64,000 nt of DNA from an uncultured Chloroflexia bacterium (lineage in GTDB: Bacteria > Chloroflexota > Limnocylindria > Limnocylindrales > CSP1-4). A program made the translations under genes and the position numbers. The stretch spans positions 448,001 through 512,000 of the forward strand of contig CAWFXA010000003.1 of NCBI GenBank assembly GCA_963819655.1, given 5' to 3'. Under the pieces are notes generated by a model, which saw only the letters and a program-made list of their open reading frames with translations, had not been told where the DNA came from and ran no database searches. Shown here piece by piece: positions 1 to 10,902 of this stretch; position 1 is the first letter of the stretch, and each line of letters opens with the position of its first letter.

Positions 1-285
1 GCCGAGGCCGCGACGACCGGCCAGACCGGCGTCGAGATGGAGGCGATGACGGCGGTGTCGGTCGCCGCGCTGACCGTGTACGACATGGTCAAGGGCGTCG
101 AGCGGGGCGTGACGATCGGTGGCGTGCGGCTGTTGGCCAAATCCGGTGGCAAGAGCGGCGACTGGGTGCGTCAGGAGCGCGAGGCACCGAGCGGTCCGGT
201 CCACCGGCCTGGCGCGCGCTCGGCGGGCAGGATCGCGAAGTCCGGGAAACCCGGCGGTCGGCCGTCGCGGGGTCCGTCGGGATGA
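1..285 (+). CDS. moaC: Cyclic pyranopterin monophosphate synthase MoaC, 5'-truncated by window edge
   Basis: Open from base 1: [23 protein letters not shown]...[10 protein letters not shown], the MoaC C-terminal signature. Confidence 0.95.
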   Translation, partial: AEAATTGQTGVEMEAMTAVSVAALTVYDMVKGVERGVTIGGVRLLAKSGGKSGDWVRQEREAPSGPVHRPGARSAGRIAKSGKPGGRPSRGPSG

Positions 286-758
286 AGCGAGCCCTCGTCA
301 TCACGGCCAGCGATCGGGTCAACGAGGGCCTCCGGGAGGACACGTCCGGGACCGGTGTCGGTGAGCGGCTCGAGCTGCTCGGGTTCACGGTCCAGCGCGC
401 CGTGCTGCCGGACGATCGCGACGCGCTCCGGGAGGTCCTGCGTGCCTCGGCACAATCGCACGACCTCATCGTGACCACGGGCGGAACGGGGTTGACGCCG
501 CGTGACGTGACGCCGCAGGCGACCACTGACGCGATCGATTACGAGGTGCCGGGTCTGGCCGAGGCGATGCGCGCCGCGGGTCGGAGGTCGACCCCGTTTG
601 CCGATCTGTCGCGCGGCGTCGTCGGCGTGATCGGCCAGGCATTGGTCGTCAACCTGCCCGGCAGCCCGAAGGGCGCGCTCGAGTCGCTGGTGGCGATCGA
701 GGCCGTGCTCGACCACGCGCTCGAGACCCTGGCCGGACCGTTCGACCACGACGCATGA
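282..758 (+). CDS. mog: MogA/MoaB family molybdopterin adenylyltransferase
   Basis: [30 protein letters not shown] motifs; ATGA overlap with moaC. Confidence 0.92.
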   Translation: MKRALVITASDRVNEGLREDTSGTGVGERLELLGFTVQRAVLPDDRDALREVLRASAQSHDLIVTTGGTGLTPRDVTPQATTDAIDYEVPGLAEAMRAAGRRSTPFADLSRGVVGVIGQALVVNLPGSPKGALESLVAIEAVLDHALETLAGPFDHDA

Positions 759-2887
759 CGCTGTTCGGCCCGTTCGCAGACGTCCCGTATTACCCTCTCG
801 TCTTCCCGCTGTTCTACGGCGCCCTCGTGGTGTTCGTGCTGGCGATGGCGCGCCACCTGCGTGTGTTCGCGGCGGTCCGCGCGGAAGGGCCCAGCCCGAA
901 CGCCGACATCCCGCGGCGGTTCGTCGGCCTGGTCGAGTACGCCTTCATCCAGACGAAGATGTTCAAGGACTGGCGTGCGGGGCTGATGCACGCGGGCATC
1001 TTCTGGGGGTTCGTCCTCCTCACGATCGGCACCGTCAACATCGTCACGGGCGGGATCGTCGAGCAGATCCTGTCGATCCCGCTGGACGGCCTGCTCTGGA
1101 CACTGATCAGCGCGATGCAGAACGTCGTCGCCGTGATCGTGCTGGTCTCGATCGCGTGGGCGTTCGTCCGGCGGCTCATCACGAAGCCGCGCCGGCTGAC
1201 CTACAACCGCGACGCCTTGATCATCCTGTCGATGATCGGCGGGGTCGTGGCGACCGAGCTTCTGGCTGAGGCGTTCGAGTTCGCGGTCCACGGCGACCAG
1301 CCGGGAGCGTTCGTGTCCGCCGCGCTGGCGGAACCGTTGCGGGGCGCCTTCGCGCCAGACACGCTCGATACGCTGTTCGTCTTCTTCTGGTGGGCGCATG
1401 TCGTGCTCGTCGCGGCGTTCCTCGTGTACCTGCCGTTCAGCAAGCACCTCCACATCGCGACCAGCTTCCCGAACATCTGGTTCCGCAAGCTCGCGCCGCG
1501 CGGCGAACTGCCGCAGATGGACCTCGAGGACGAGAACGCGACGTTCGGTCTGAAGACGCTCCAGGATCTCGGCTGGAAGGATCTGCTCGACGGCTTCACC
1601 TGCACCGAATGCGGTCGCTGCCAGCAGGCCTGCCCGGCCTGGAACACCGGGAAGCCGCTCAACCCCAAGACCTTCATCATGGGCATCCGCGACATGTCGG
1701 TCGAAGCGGAGCACGGCCTCAACCTGATCCCGAACTCGCCGATCGTGCGCGAGACGTACGGCCTCGACGACGCGCAACCGGACAGGACCGCCCTGGCCAA
1801 GCCGATCGTCGACGACGCCATCCCATACGAGGCGGTCTGGGACTGCGTCACGTGCGGCGCCTGCGTCGAGGCGTGTCCCGTGCTCATCGAGCACGTCGAC
1901 AAGATCGTCGGGCTGCGCCGGAACCTCGTGCTCGAGGAGTCTCGGTTCCCGCAGGAGCTGACGGCTGCGTTCCGGGCGATGGAGGGGCAGGGCAACCCGT
2001 GGGGTCAGCCGGCATCGACTCGCCTGGACTGGACCAAGCCGCTGCCGTTCGACGTACCGACGGTGTCCGCGCTGGCCGCCGATGGCCGGCTCGATGACCT
2101 CGAGGTCCTGTACTGGGTCGGCTGCGCCGCGGCGTTCGACCCTCGCAACCAGAAGGTGGCGCGTGCCGTGGCGACCTGTCTACACGCGGCCGGTGTGTCG
2201 TTCGCGGTTCTCGGCCAGGAGGAGTCGTGCACGGGTGATCCCGCGCGACGGATGGGTAACGACTATGTGTTCCAGATGCTCGCGACCACGGCGGTCGAGA
2301 CGCTCGACAAGTACCGGATGGGGGAGCGGACGATCGTGACCGCCTGCCCGCATTGCTTCAACACGATCGCCAATGAGTACGGGCAGCTCGGTGGCGCGTT
2401 CCGGGTCGTGCATCACTCGACATTCCTGGCCGAGCTTGTGGCCACCGGGCGGCTGGCGACCCTGCCGGAAGACGCCGCGTCGTCGACGGGCGATCACCGG
2501 CCGGGCAGCGTGACGGTCCACGACTCGTGCTACCTCGCCCGTTACAACGGCATCGTGGCAGCTCCCCGTTCCGTGCTCGGTGCCGCGGGCGTGTCGCTCA
2601 CCGAGATGCCCAAGAGCGGCAAGGACACGTTCTGCTGCGGCGCCGGTGGCGGCCGGATGTGGATGGAGGAGACGCGTGGCACGCGGATCAACGAGGAGCG
2701 GACGCGGCAGGTCCTCGAGACTGGCGCCGCGACGGTCGCGACGGCCTGTCCGTTCTGCATGGTCATGATGAGCGACGGCCTCGCGGCCGCCGATGGCGGC
2801 GCGGACGTTCGCGCGATGGACATCAGCGAAGTCCTGGCGGCCCGGCTCGCGTCCGTGCCGGAGGACCGTCGCCTGCCGGTCGTCTGA
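755..2887 (+). CDS. Membrane-bound Fe-S oxidoreductase (FadF/HdrD-like)
   Basis: N-terminal TM helices; [12 protein letters not shown] and [12 protein letters not shown]; two CCG-type domains (GC...CTG...ACPHC; HDSC...CCGAGGG...ACPFC). Confidence 0.9.
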   Translation: MTLFGPFADVPYYPLVFPLFYGALVVFVLAMARHLRVFAAVRAEGPSPNADIPRRFVGLVEYAFIQTKMFKDWRAGLMHAGIFWGFVLLTIGTVNIVTGGIVEQILSIPLDGLLWTLISAMQNVVAVIVLVSIAWAFVRRLITKPRRLTYNRDALIILSMIGGVVATELLAEAFEFAVHGDQPGAFVSAALAEPLRGAFAPDTLDTLFVFFWWAHVVLVAAFLVYLPFSKHLHIATSFPNIWFRKLAPRGELPQMDLEDENATFGLKTLQDLGWKDLLDGFTCTECGRCQQACPAWNTGKPLNPKTFIMGIRDMSVEAEHGLNLIPNSPIVRETYGLDDAQPDRTALAKPIVDDAIPYEAVWDCVTCGACVEACPVLIEHVDKIVGLRRNLVLEESRFPQELTAAFRAMEGQGNPWGQPASTRLDWTKPLPFDVPTVSALAADGRLDDLEVLYWVGCAAAFDPRNQKVARAVATCLHAAGVSFAVLGQEESCTGDPARRMGNDYVFQMLATTAVETLDKYRMGERTIVTACPHCFNTIANEYGQLGGAFRVVHHSTFLAELVATGRLATLPEDAASSTGDHRPGSVTVHDSCYLARYNGIVAAPRSVLGAAGVSLTEMPKSGKDTFCCGAGGGRMWMEETRGTRINEERTRQVLETGAATVATACPFCMVMMSDGLAAADGGADVRAMDISEVLAARLASVPEDRRLPVV

Positions 2888-2888
2888 C

Positions 2889-3266
2889 GTGGGCATCGCC
2901 GACGACGCCACGCCCCACGACGCCACGCCTGACGACGCGACGGCCCGCTGGGAGCGCCTCGTCGCGACGATGCTCGCCGAGGGTTCGGCGACCTACGGCA
3001 ACGAGTCAGGTCCGCAGCGCGCGTTCGGGTCGACCTCGCTCAAGACCGACGGGAAGATCTTCGCGATGCTCGTGAAGGGCGGGCTTGTCGTGAAGCTCTC
3101 GGCGGCTCGCGTCGAGGAGCTCGTGGCAGACGGCAGTTGCGATCGCTTCGATCCGGGCCACGGGCGGATCCAGAAGGAGTGGCTCGCGGTCGGTGGCGCC
3201 GATCCGGGACAGTGGCACGCCCTTGCGACCGAATCGGAAGCGTTCGTCGCCAAGAGGGCGAAATAG
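2889..3266 (+). CDS. TfoX-N/YjbR-like small protein
   Basis: AFGSTSLKTDGKIFAML...LVVKL...FDPGHGRIQKEW; GTG 1 nt after the upstream stop. Confidence 0.7.
   Translation: MGIADDATPHDATPDDATARWERLVATMLAEGSATYGNESGPQRAFGSTSLKTDGKIFAMLVKGGLVVKLSAARVEELVADGSCDRFDPGHGRIQKEWLAVGGADPGQWHALATESEAFVAKRAK
2901..2945 (+). repeat. 3 x 15-bp in-frame tandem repeat (DDATP/HDATP/DDATA)
   Basis: gacgacgccacgccc cacgacgccacgcct gacgacgcgacggcc. Confidence 0.7.
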
Positions 3267-3280
3267 GCGAAGCCGACCTG

Positions 3281-3460
3281 CGACCATGAAGTACGCGGAT
3301 CAGGGCGACCATATGTCGACCCGACGGTCCGAATCCGCCGATCTCGTGACATCCGGGCACGCCTCCACGCACGGCACACGGCCACGGTCGAGAGTCGTCG
3401 GCCTCCTCGACACCGCCCGACGGACATACGGTCGTGGTGAAACGCGATATGCATGATTCG
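3281..3460. repeat. Intergenic element with ~40-bp imperfect terminal inverted repeats (copy 1)
   Basis: Left end cgaccatgaagtacgcggat is 19/20 identical to 27826-27845; degenerate inverted copy ends at ~3460. Confidence 0.6.
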
Positions 3461-3463
3461 ACC

Positions 3464-4237
3464 ATGGACGACACGGATCTCCCCGGCCTCACCGATCATG
3501 AAGCCCAGAACCGGGCGTCCTGGAACGCCGACAGTGACGACTACCAGGCCCGGCATGGCCAACAACTCGCGGCCAGCACGGGTCTCGCGTGGGGTGTCAT
3601 GCAGCTCCCCGAAGCGGACCTTCGCGTCCTGGGCGACGTTGCCGGCAAGGACATCCTCGAGCTCGGGTGCGGGGCGGCGCAGTGGTCGATCGCGCTGGCG
3701 CGGCTGGGAGCGCGCCCGGTCGGGATCGACCTGTCCGAGCGCCAGCTCGATCACGCGCGACGGCTGATGGCGGAGGCCGGGGTCGATTTCCCACTCATCC
3801 ATGGCACCGCCGAGCGGGTCCCGCTGCCCGACGCGTCGTTCGACATCGTGTTCTGCGACCACGGCGCGATGACCTTTGCCGATCCGTATCGGACCGTGCC
3901 GGAGGCCGCGCGACTGCTCCGGTCGGGCGGCCTGTTCGCGTTCAGCCATCACACCCCGATCGAATCGATCGCGTGGCCGCTCGATTCCGACACTGTCGGC
4001 GACCGGCTCGTCGTCGACTACTTCGGGATGCATCGACTCGATGACGGCGAGTCCTCGACATTCCAGCTGCCCTACGGCGAGTGGATCCGGCTGTTCCGAT
4101 CAAACGGGCTGATCGTGGAAGACCTGATCGAGACGCGGCCGGCGGAGGGCGCGACGAGCTCGTACCGGACCGGGGAGGAGCTCGCGTGGGCGCGGCGCTG
4201 GCCGGCCGAGGAGATCTGGCGGGTGCGCAAAGCCTGA
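3464..4237 (+). CDS. Class I SAM-dependent methyltransferase
   Basis: ILELGCGAA motif I, GIDLS, SFDIV, LLRSGG; start uncertain (3449 or 3464). Confidence 0.9.
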   Translation: MDDTDLPGLTDHEAQNRASWNADSDDYQARHGQQLAASTGLAWGVMQLPEADLRVLGDVAGKDILELGCGAAQWSIALARLGARPVGIDLSERQLDHARRLMAEAGVDFPLIHGTAERVPLPDASFDIVFCDHGAMTFADPYRTVPEAARLLRSGGLFAFSHHTPIESIAWPLDSDTVGDRLVVDYFGMHRLDDGESSTFQLPYGEWIRLFRSNGLIVEDLIETRPAEGATSSYRTGEELAWARRWPAEEIWRVRKA

Positions 4238-4286
4238 AGCGGGCGGATCGCGGGGCGCGGGTCGCGGAGCGCGCGTCCCGGCGCCG

Positions 4287-4511
4287 CTACCCCGGCAGCC
4301 GCTTTCCGCAGTTCAGGCAGTTCGAGTCGGTGACCAGGTTGCCCGTCCCGCACGACGGGCAACGTTTCATGCCTTCGGTGCTGGTCGCGAAGGGCGATTC
4401 ACGCTTGGCGTCCTCGACCGTGCGGCGGTCCCTGCGCAGGATCGCGAGGACGGCGAGCATCCCGGTGACGGCCGCGATGACCAGCACGAGGAGTTGCGTG
4501 GACTGATCCAT
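4287..4511 (-). CDS. Small membrane protein with C-terminal zinc ribbon
   Basis: N-terminal TM helix; CPSC...CLNC; GGAGG upstream. Confidence 0.75.
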   Translation of the reverse strand: MDQSTQLLVLVIAAVTGMLAVLAILRRDRRTVEDAKRESPFATSTEGMKRCPSCGTGNLVTDSNCLNCGKRLPG

Positions 4512-4638
4512 CGAGGCCTCCGGACATCAGGCACCGACCCCCGTGGCGGCGCGTGGCGTCCCGCGGCGAAGGGTAGTACGCGCGCCGCGCCCAGACCAGA
4601 TGGAGGCGCAGCCTATGACCCGCGGTACGATGCCGCCG

Positions 4639-5820
4639 GTGACAACCGCGAGCCGCGCCCCCGGGCCCTTCCGCCTCACCGACGAGCACGAGATGCTCCG
4701 AGACGCCGTCCGCGTGCTGGCGGATGAGCGGGTCGCGCCGCGGGCCGCCGAGATCGACAAGACCGGCGAGTTCCCCGAGGACATGCGCCGGTTGCTCGCC
4801 GACCACGACATCCTCGCGCTCCCGTTCCCGACCGAGCACGGTGGCCTCGGCGGAGAGCTGCTGAGCGTCTGTCTCGCCGTCGAGCAGCTCAGCCGCGCCT
4901 GCGCGACGACCGGCCTGATCCTCGCCGTGCAGGAGCTGGGCTCGCTGCCGATCACGATCGCCGGGACGCCCGAGCAGCAGGCGCGCTGGTTCCCGAAGCT
5001 CGCGAGCGGCGAGCACCTCATCGCCTTCGCGCTGACGGAGGCCGAGGCCGGCTCGGATGCGGCCGCCGCGCGGACGACTGCCCGCGCCGAGCCCGGCGGC
5101 GAGGGTTATGTCATCGATGGATCGAAGCGTTTCATCAGCCAGGGCTCAGTCGCCGACCTCGTCGTCGTCTTCGCCGTCACGAAGCCCGACGCGCCGCGTC
5201 ACGAGCGCCTCAGCGCGTTCGTGGTCGAGGTCCCGACCGAGGGCTTCTCGGTCAGCCGGCTCGAGCACAAGATGGGCATCCGCGGCAGTCCGACCGCCGA
5301 ACTGGCCTTCACGAGCATGCGCGTCCCGGCGGCGAACCGGCTCGGCGACGAGGGCAGCGGCTGGGACATCGCGATGCGGACGCTCGATCGCAGTCGACCG
5401 GGCATCGCCGCCCAGGCTGTCGGCCTCGCACAGGGCGCGCTCGAGGTCGCGACCGACTACGCCCGCGAGCGCAAGCAGTTCGGGCAGCGGATCGGTGACT
5501 TCCAGCAGATCGCCGCGATGCTGGCCGACATGGACGCCCAGACCGAGGCCGCCCGGCAGCTGCTCTACAAGGCCTGCGTCGAGATCGATGCCGGGGCACC
5601 GGACGCGAGTCGGTGGTCGGCGATGTGTAAACTCGTGGCCGGTGACACCGCGATGCGAGTCACCACGGACGCCGTCCAGGTCCTCGGGGGCTACGGCTAC
5701 ATCGACGAGTTCCCGGTCGAGCGGATGATGCGCGACGCGAAGATCACCCAGCTCTACGAGGGGACGCAGCAGATCCAACGACTCGTGATCGCGCGATCCC
5801 TGCTCGGCAAGGGCGGTTGA
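4639..5820 (+). CDS. Acyl-CoA dehydrogenase
   Basis: AFALTEAEAGSD, GSKRFIS, KMGIRGSPT, RKQFG, GGYGY, RDAKITQLYEGTQQIQR; start 4630 or 4639. Confidence 0.95.
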   Translation: MTTASRAPGPFRLTDEHEMLRDAVRVLADERVAPRAAEIDKTGEFPEDMRRLLADHDILALPFPTEHGGLGGELLSVCLAVEQLSRACATTGLILAVQELGSLPITIAGTPEQQARWFPKLASGEHLIAFALTEAEAGSDAAAARTTARAEPGGEGYVIDGSKRFISQGSVADLVVVFAVTKPDAPRHERLSAFVVEVPTEGFSVSRLEHKMGIRGSPTAELAFTSMRVPAANRLGDEGSGWDIAMRTLDRSRPGIAAQAVGLAQGALEVATDYARERKQFGQRIGDFQQIAAMLADMDAQTEAARQLLYKACVEIDAGAPDASRWSAMCKLVAGDTAMRVTTDAVQVLGGYGYIDEFPVERMMRDAKITQLYEGTQQIQRLVIARSLLGKGG

Positions 5821-5853
5821 TCGAGGCGACGCCCAGGGAGGTCTGATCGGCTC

Positions 5854-6645
5854 GTGCGTATCGTCGTCCTCACGAAACCCGTCCCGGACCCGGCATCTGG
5901 CGGGGAACGGCTCGGTCCCGACGGTCGGCTCGATCGGGCGAACAGCCCCGCCGTCGTCAACGGCAACGACGAATACGTGCTCGAAAAGGCGCTCAAGCTC
6001 GTCGAGGCGGCCGGTGAGGGCGAGGTCGTCCTGCTGACGATGGCACCGGCCACCGCCCCTGAGACCATGCGCAAGGCACTCGCGATGGGTGCCACCAGCG
6101 GGGTCCTCGTCACCGACCCGGCGATCGAGGGCAGCGACACGGTCGCGACCACGAGGATCCTCGCGGCCGCGCTCAAGACCCTGGAATTCGACTTGGTCTT
6201 CGCCGGAGTCGATACGTCCGACGGCACGTCCGGCCTCGTCGCGCCCGGCGTGGCGGTCCTGACCGGGCTCCCGTATCTCTCCTACGCCGCGACCATCGAG
6301 CCTGACGCGAACGCGCGCACGGTCCGTGTCCGGCGCATCACCGCCGACGGATACGACGTCCTCGAGGCCCCGATGCCCGCACTGATCTCGGGCACGCAGG
6401 CCCTCGGCGAGCCGCGCTACCCGTCGCTCAAGGGGATCATGGCGGCGCGCTCGAAGGAGATCACGACGATCGGCCTGAGCGATCTCGGGATCGACCCGGC
6501 GACGGTCGGGTTGGCCGGTGCCACGACGAAGGTCGTCGGGTCGCAGGCGCCCGAGCCGAGGGCGGCCACCCGCGTCGTCCGCGAGGCGCCCGACGAGGCG
6601 GCACGCCAGGTCGTCGCCCTCCTCGCCGACCGTCGGATCATCTGA
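5854..6645 (+). CDS. etfB: Electron transfer flavoprotein beta subunit
   Basis: KPVPD, RKALAMGA, EPRYPSLKGIMAA. Confidence 0.95.
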   Translation: MRIVVLTKPVPDPASGGERLGPDGRLDRANSPAVVNGNDEYVLEKALKLVEAAGEGEVVLLTMAPATAPETMRKALAMGATSGVLVTDPAIEGSDTVATTRILAAALKTLEFDLVFAGVDTSDGTSGLVAPGVAVLTGLPYLSYAATIEPDANARTVRVRRITADGYDVLEAPMPALISGTQALGEPRYPSLKGIMAARSKEITTIGLSDLGIDPATVGLAGATTKVVGSQAPEPRAATRVVREAPDEAARQVVALLADRRII

Positions 6646-7625
6646 TGGCGGGTATCTGGGTCCACGGCGAGATCGCCGGCGACGGTTCGCTCGCCAAGCT
6701 CAGCACCGAGGTCGCGACGCTCGCCCGCGCGATCGCCGCCGACACGGGGGGAGCCGAGGTCACAGGCATCGTGATCGGGTCCAAGCCATCGATCGCCGCG
6801 GAGGAACTGGCGCGCTTCGTTCCGAAGGTCCTGACCGTCACAGAGCCGACCACCGCGGATCACGCCGCCGGCATGATCGTCGCACAACGGCTGGCGGCAC
6901 TCATCCAGGCGCACAAGCCCGACATCGTCATGACCGGCGCGGGTCCCGAGGGTCGCGACCTGGCGGGCGCCCTGTCGGCGCTGACCGGGTGGGGCGTGCT
7001 TGCCAACGCCACCGGGTTGAAGGGCGGCCCGGACGGCCCGGTCGCGACGCATTCGGTGTTCGGCGGCAAGCTCCTCACCGAGAGCGCGCTGTCGGTCGGG
7101 AAGGGCATCGTGACCGTGCGTCCCAACAGCGTCACGGCCGCGCCGGCCGACGCCGCCGGGACCGTCGAGACCGCCACGGCATCCGGCGATCTCGCTCAGC
7201 CCGACGTGCCGGTCGTCGAGCGCCTGCCAGCCGAGAGCAAGGCGGCCTCGATCGACGACGCGCGGATCATCGTCGCCGGCGGGCGCGGCGTGGGCGGTCC
7301 GGACGGCTTTGGTCTGATCGAGGAGCTTGCGGCGGCGCTCGGGGGGGCCGTCGGGGCTACCCGAGCGGCTGTCGATTCTGGCTGGATTCCCTATAGCCAA
7401 CAGATCGGCCAGACCGGCAAGATCGTCAAGCCGCAGCTCTACCTGGCGATGGGCATCAGCGGCGCCATCCAGCACAAGGTCGGCATGCAGACTGCGTCGA
7501 CGATCGTTGCAGTGAACCGGGATCCCGATGCGCCCATCGCGGATTTCGCCGACATGATCGTGATCGGCGATCTCGTCGAGGTCGGCACCGCCATCCTGGC
7601 CGAGCTTCGGGCACGGACGAGTTGA
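6645..7625 (+). CDS. etfA: Electron transfer flavoprotein alpha subunit
   Basis: AGGRG, GATRAAVD, QIGQTGKIVKPQLYLAMGISGAIQHKVGM. Confidence 0.95.
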   Translation: MAGIWVHGEIAGDGSLAKLSTEVATLARAIAADTGGAEVTGIVIGSKPSIAAEELARFVPKVLTVTEPTTADHAAGMIVAQRLAALIQAHKPDIVMTGAGPEGRDLAGALSALTGWGVLANATGLKGGPDGPVATHSVFGGKLLTESALSVGKGIVTVRPNSVTAAPADAAGTVETATASGDLAQPDVPVVERLPAESKAASIDDARIIVAGGRGVGGPDGFGLIEELAAALGGAVGATRAAVDSGWIPYSQQIGQTGKIVKPQLYLAMGISGAIQHKVGMQTASTIVAVNRDPDAPIADFADMIVIGDLVEVGTAILAELRARTS

Positions 7626-7629
7626 AGCG

Positions 7630-8220
7630 GTGCGCGCCTTCATGACCGTCGGCGAGCTGACGGTCATGCTGCCCGTCGCCGCGTTCGTCGCCCTGGCGCT
7701 GGGAGTCCTCATCGTCCTGCGGCGGGCCGGCCGGATCGTGGCACGTACCCGCGAGGTGGAGGGTTTCCGGTCGTCGGTCCGGGACCTCACGGCGCGGATC
7801 GACCAGTCGCTCGAGGGCGCCACCGGCCGCATCGATGCCGTCCGCCGGGGTCAGCTCGGCGCCGACACGATCGGCCCGACGATCGAGGCCGCGACCGACG
7901 CGGTCGCCCGCTATGCCGACGAGGCCCGCGCTCTGAAGGGCCCGCCGGCGGGCATCCCCATCCGCGATGCGATCGTCGAGGAGCTCGAGCGTGCCGAGCG
8001 TGCGCTTGGCATGGTCGACCACGGGGCGAAGATCCTGGCCCAGGTTCGTCGGCGCGGGCGGGAGGTCGAGGCCCAGACGTCGATCAAGCGCGGGTACCTC
8101 AACCTCGTCCATGCCCGAGATGCGATCGGCCGTCACGCCGAGGCCGCCCGCGGGCTCGAGGTGCAGCCGCCGGACCAGCCGGCCAAGGGGTCCGTCCCGG
8201 CGAGCCAATCTCGCCCCTGA
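7630..8220 (+). CDS. Hypothetical membrane-anchored helical protein
   Basis: Single N-terminal TM followed by a helical region; fills the gap between etfA and nrdR. Confidence 0.7.
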   Translation: MRAFMTVGELTVMLPVAAFVALALGVLIVLRRAGRIVARTREVEGFRSSVRDLTARIDQSLEGATGRIDAVRRGQLGADTIGPTIEAATDAVARYADEARALKGPPAGIPIRDAIVEELERAERALGMVDHGAKILAQVRRRGREVEAQTSIKRGYLNLVHARDAIGRHAEAARGLEVQPPDQPAKGSVPASQSRP

Positions 8221-8267
8221 CCACACCATGTAGTGGTATGCTCGTCCCACACCACAAGTGGTAGTGG
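8221..8267 (+). promoter_or_regulatory. Tandem NrdR boxes
   Basis: ccacaccatgtagtgg (8221-8236) and ccacaagtggtagtgg (8252-8267) resemble acaCwAtATaTwGtg; 31-bp spacing; directly upstream of nrdR. Confidence 0.85.
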
Positions 8268-8288
8268 TGGTCGAGCCACAGGAGAGCG

Positions 8289-8765
8289 ATGCGTTGCCCC
8301 CAATGCGGCGACCGGGACACCCGGGTCGTCGACTCCCGCGACCTGGATGACTCGGCGACCATCCGTCGACGCCGAGAGTGCATTTCGTGCACGACGCGGT
8401 TCACCACGTACGAACGGATCGAGGCGGCCCGGCTCGTCGTCGTGAAGCGCGACGGGACGCGGCAGGAGTTCGACCGTGAGCGGCTCGCCACCGGCCTGCG
8501 CAAAGCCCTGACCCGGCGCCCCGTCCCGGACGACGCCGCCGAGGCGGCCGCGGACCGGATCGAGGCGGAGCTTCGTGCCGCGGGTATGACCGAGGTGCCG
8601 TCGTCGCGCGTCGGCGCGCTGGCGATGGAGCAGCTCCGCGGCCTCGACCAGATCGCCTACATCCGCTTCGCCAGTGTCTACCAGAGCTTCGAGGACCTCG
8701 AGGACCTCAAGCGCGAGGTCGACAGCCTGTACGCCGAGAAGGGCAACGGGACGCACGCCAGGTGA
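8289..8765 (+). CDS. nrdR: Transcriptional repressor NrdR
   Basis: MRCPQC...VVDSR...[19 protein letters not shown] cone, AYIRFASVY. Confidence 0.97.
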   Translation: MRCPQCGDRDTRVVDSRDLDDSATIRRRRECISCTTRFTTYERIEAARLVVVKRDGTRQEFDRERLATGLRKALTRRPVPDDAAEAAADRIEAELRAAGMTEVPSSRVGALAMEQLRGLDQIAYIRFASVYQSFEDLEDLKREVDSLYAEKGNGTHAR

Positions 8766-9337
8766 GCGTCCTTTCCGATCGTGACATTCGGGCCGCGCTC
8801 GAAGCAGGCGAGGTCCGTATCGACCCATACGACCCCCAAGATCTGCAACCCTCCTCCGTCGACCTGCATCTCGATCGCTCGTTCCGCGTCTTTCGCAACA
8901 ACCGCTACCCATACATCGATGTCCGCAAGCCTCAGCCGGACCTGACCGAGCTGCTCAACGTCGGCGATGACGAGCAATTCATCCTGCATCCCGGCGAGTT
9001 CGTGCTCGGCCAGACCCTTGAGTGGGTCGAGCTGCCGAACGACCTCGTCGCCCGCCTCGAAGGCCGGAGCTCGCTGGGCCGCCTCGGGCTGCTGATCCAC
9101 TCCACGGCGGGTTACGTCGACCCGGGCTGGAAGGGCAACCTGACGCTCGAGCTGTCGAACGTCGCCAATCTGCCGATCGCGCTCTACTACGGCATGCGCA
9201 TCGGCCAGATCTCGTTCTTCAAGATGTCCTCACCGGTCGATCGACCGTACGGGTCGCCGGAGCTGCGCTCGCGCTACCAGGGCCAGAAGGAACCGACCGC
9301 CTCGGCCTTCCACAAGGACTTCGACGGGGATCGCTAG
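8762..9337 (+). CDS. dcd: dCTP deaminase
   Basis: [41 protein letters not shown]. Confidence 0.96.
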   Translation: MSVLSDRDIRAALEAGEVRIDPYDPQDLQPSSVDLHLDRSFRVFRNNRYPYIDVRKPQPDLTELLNVGDDEQFILHPGEFVLGQTLEWVELPNDLVARLEGRSSLGRLGLLIHSTAGYVDPGWKGNLTLELSNVANLPIALYYGMRIGQISFFKMSSPVDRPYGSPELRSRYQGQKEPTASAFHKDFDGDR

Positions 9338-9342
9338 ACCAC

Positions 9343-10209
9343 GTGGCGATCAACGACGCGGTCGACTGGCGCGCGGATCTCGGCGGGGGCGCGCGCGTCG
9401 CGCTCATCCAGGCCGGAACATTCCGTTCTGACGCGGGCGCCCTGTTCGGACCTGTGCCGCGGATCATGTGGGACCGCCTCGTCCGAAACGAGATCGATGC
9501 CGAGAACCGTCTGTTGCAGGCGCTCAACTGCCTCCTGATCGAGACGCCGTCCGGGCGGGTCCTGGTCGAGACTGGGATCGGCGAACGGGTCGACGACAAG
9601 ACGCGAGCGATGCGCGGCTACGAGGGCCCGGCGATCGTCCCCGCTCTGGAGGCGGCGAACTTCCTCCCCGAGACCATCGATATCGTGGCGTTGAGCCACC
9701 TCCATTTCGACCACGCCGGTGGCCTGCTCCGCGCGGACGACGCGCGCGCATTCCCGCGCGCGGCGATCGTCGCGCAACGGGCCGAGTGGGAGATCGCGAT
9801 GGGCGACAACCCGCGGCTCGTCGCGTCCTACGTCCAGCCCGAGCTGGAGCTCGTCAAGAGTTGGGGGGAGCAGGGCTTGGTCGACGGCGAGCGGGAGCTG
9901 ATCCCGGGCGTGTCGGTCATCCCGACCGGCGGCCACTCGAGCGGCCATCAGGCGATCGTCGTACGTGGGACCGGCGACGACGCGAAGACCCTCGTGTTCT
10001 TCGGCGACCTGTTCATGCGGCCGTGGGCTGCGAACCCCCGCTGGGTGACGGCGTTCGACGACTTCCCGCTCGATTCGGTCGCACAAAAGGCCGCGCTGTT
10101 CGCCCAGGCAGCCGACGAGGGCTGGCTGATCGCCCTGTCCCACGAGAGCCACACGCCGATCGGGCGCCTCGAGCGCGACCGCGACCGCTTCCAGTTCGAG
10201 CCGATCTAG
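9343..10209 (+). CDS. MBL-fold metallo-hydrolase (YtnP-like)
   Basis: DAGALFGPVP, SHLHFDHAGG, GGHSSGH, GDL, SHE. Confidence 0.88.
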   Translation: MAINDAVDWRADLGGGARVALIQAGTFRSDAGALFGPVPRIMWDRLVRNEIDAENRLLQALNCLLIETPSGRVLVETGIGERVDDKTRAMRGYEGPAIVPALEAANFLPETIDIVALSHLHFDHAGGLLRADDARAFPRAAIVAQRAEWEIAMGDNPRLVASYVQPELELVKSWGEQGLVDGERELIPGVSVIPTGGHSSGHQAIVVRGTGDDAKTLVFFGDLFMRPWAANPRWVTAFDDFPLDSVAQKAALFAQAADEGWLIALSHESHTPIGRLERDRDRFQFEPI

Positions 10210-10895
10210 GGCGAGGGGCGGACCTCGGTCAGCATCGCCTCGATCAGCGCCTTCGCGCCCTGCTCGTCCACCGGACCGCTGACGACCTGGCGGATGACGC
10301 CGTCGACATCGACGAAGAACTGGGTCGGCAGCGCGAACACCCGGTAGGCACGCAGCACGTGCCCGGAACCATCGAACCCGATCGTGTAACGAAGGCGGTA
10401 GCGGTCCGCGTAGGCCTTGACGTCGGTGGCCGTGGTCTCTTGGACGCTGACCCCGACGACCTCGAGACCGCGGTCGCGGTACGTGTCCGCCAGCGAGCGG
10501 AGGATCGGTGTCTCCTGCTGGCACGGCGGACACCACGAGGCGAAGAAGTTCAGCCACACGACCTTGCCCTTGAGCGCCGCGAGGGTCACGGGTCGACCGT
10601 CGAGGTCCTGCAGCTGGTAGGTCGAGCCGTCGTCGAGGTCGATCGTGAGCTCCGGCGCGGTGGTGCCAGCCTGCAGCCCTTCCGGCGGTTCGTCGCCGAT
10701 CAGGAACGGCGTCGCGAGCGGGTTGACGACGCTCGGTGGCTGAGCGGTATTGCCGAGCGGCGTCGTGATCGCCACGCCGACGATCGCGACCACCAGGACG
10801 GCGATGGCGCCGGCGAGCAACTGGCGCCCGCTGAACGGCCCGATCAGGCCATGCCGGGCGCGTCGATGCGTGAACTCGGGTCGCTCGGTCGTCAT
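10206..10895 (-). CDS. TlpA/ResA family thiol:disulfide reductase
   Basis: TM anchor; LNFFASWCPPC; LPTQFFVD. Confidence 0.9.
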   Translation of the reverse strand: MTTERPEFTHRRARHGLIGPFSGRQLLAGAIAVLVVAIVGVAITTPLGNTAQPPSVVNPLATPFLIGDEPPEGLQAGTTAPELTIDLDDGSTYQLQDLDGRPVTLAALKGKVVWLNFFASWCPPCQQETPILRSLADTYRDRGLEVVGVSVQETTATDVKAYADRYRLRYTIGFDGSGHVLRAYRVFALPTQFFVDVDGVIRQVVSGPVDEQGAKALIEAMLTEVRPSP

Positions 10896-10902
10896 GTGTC
10901 GA

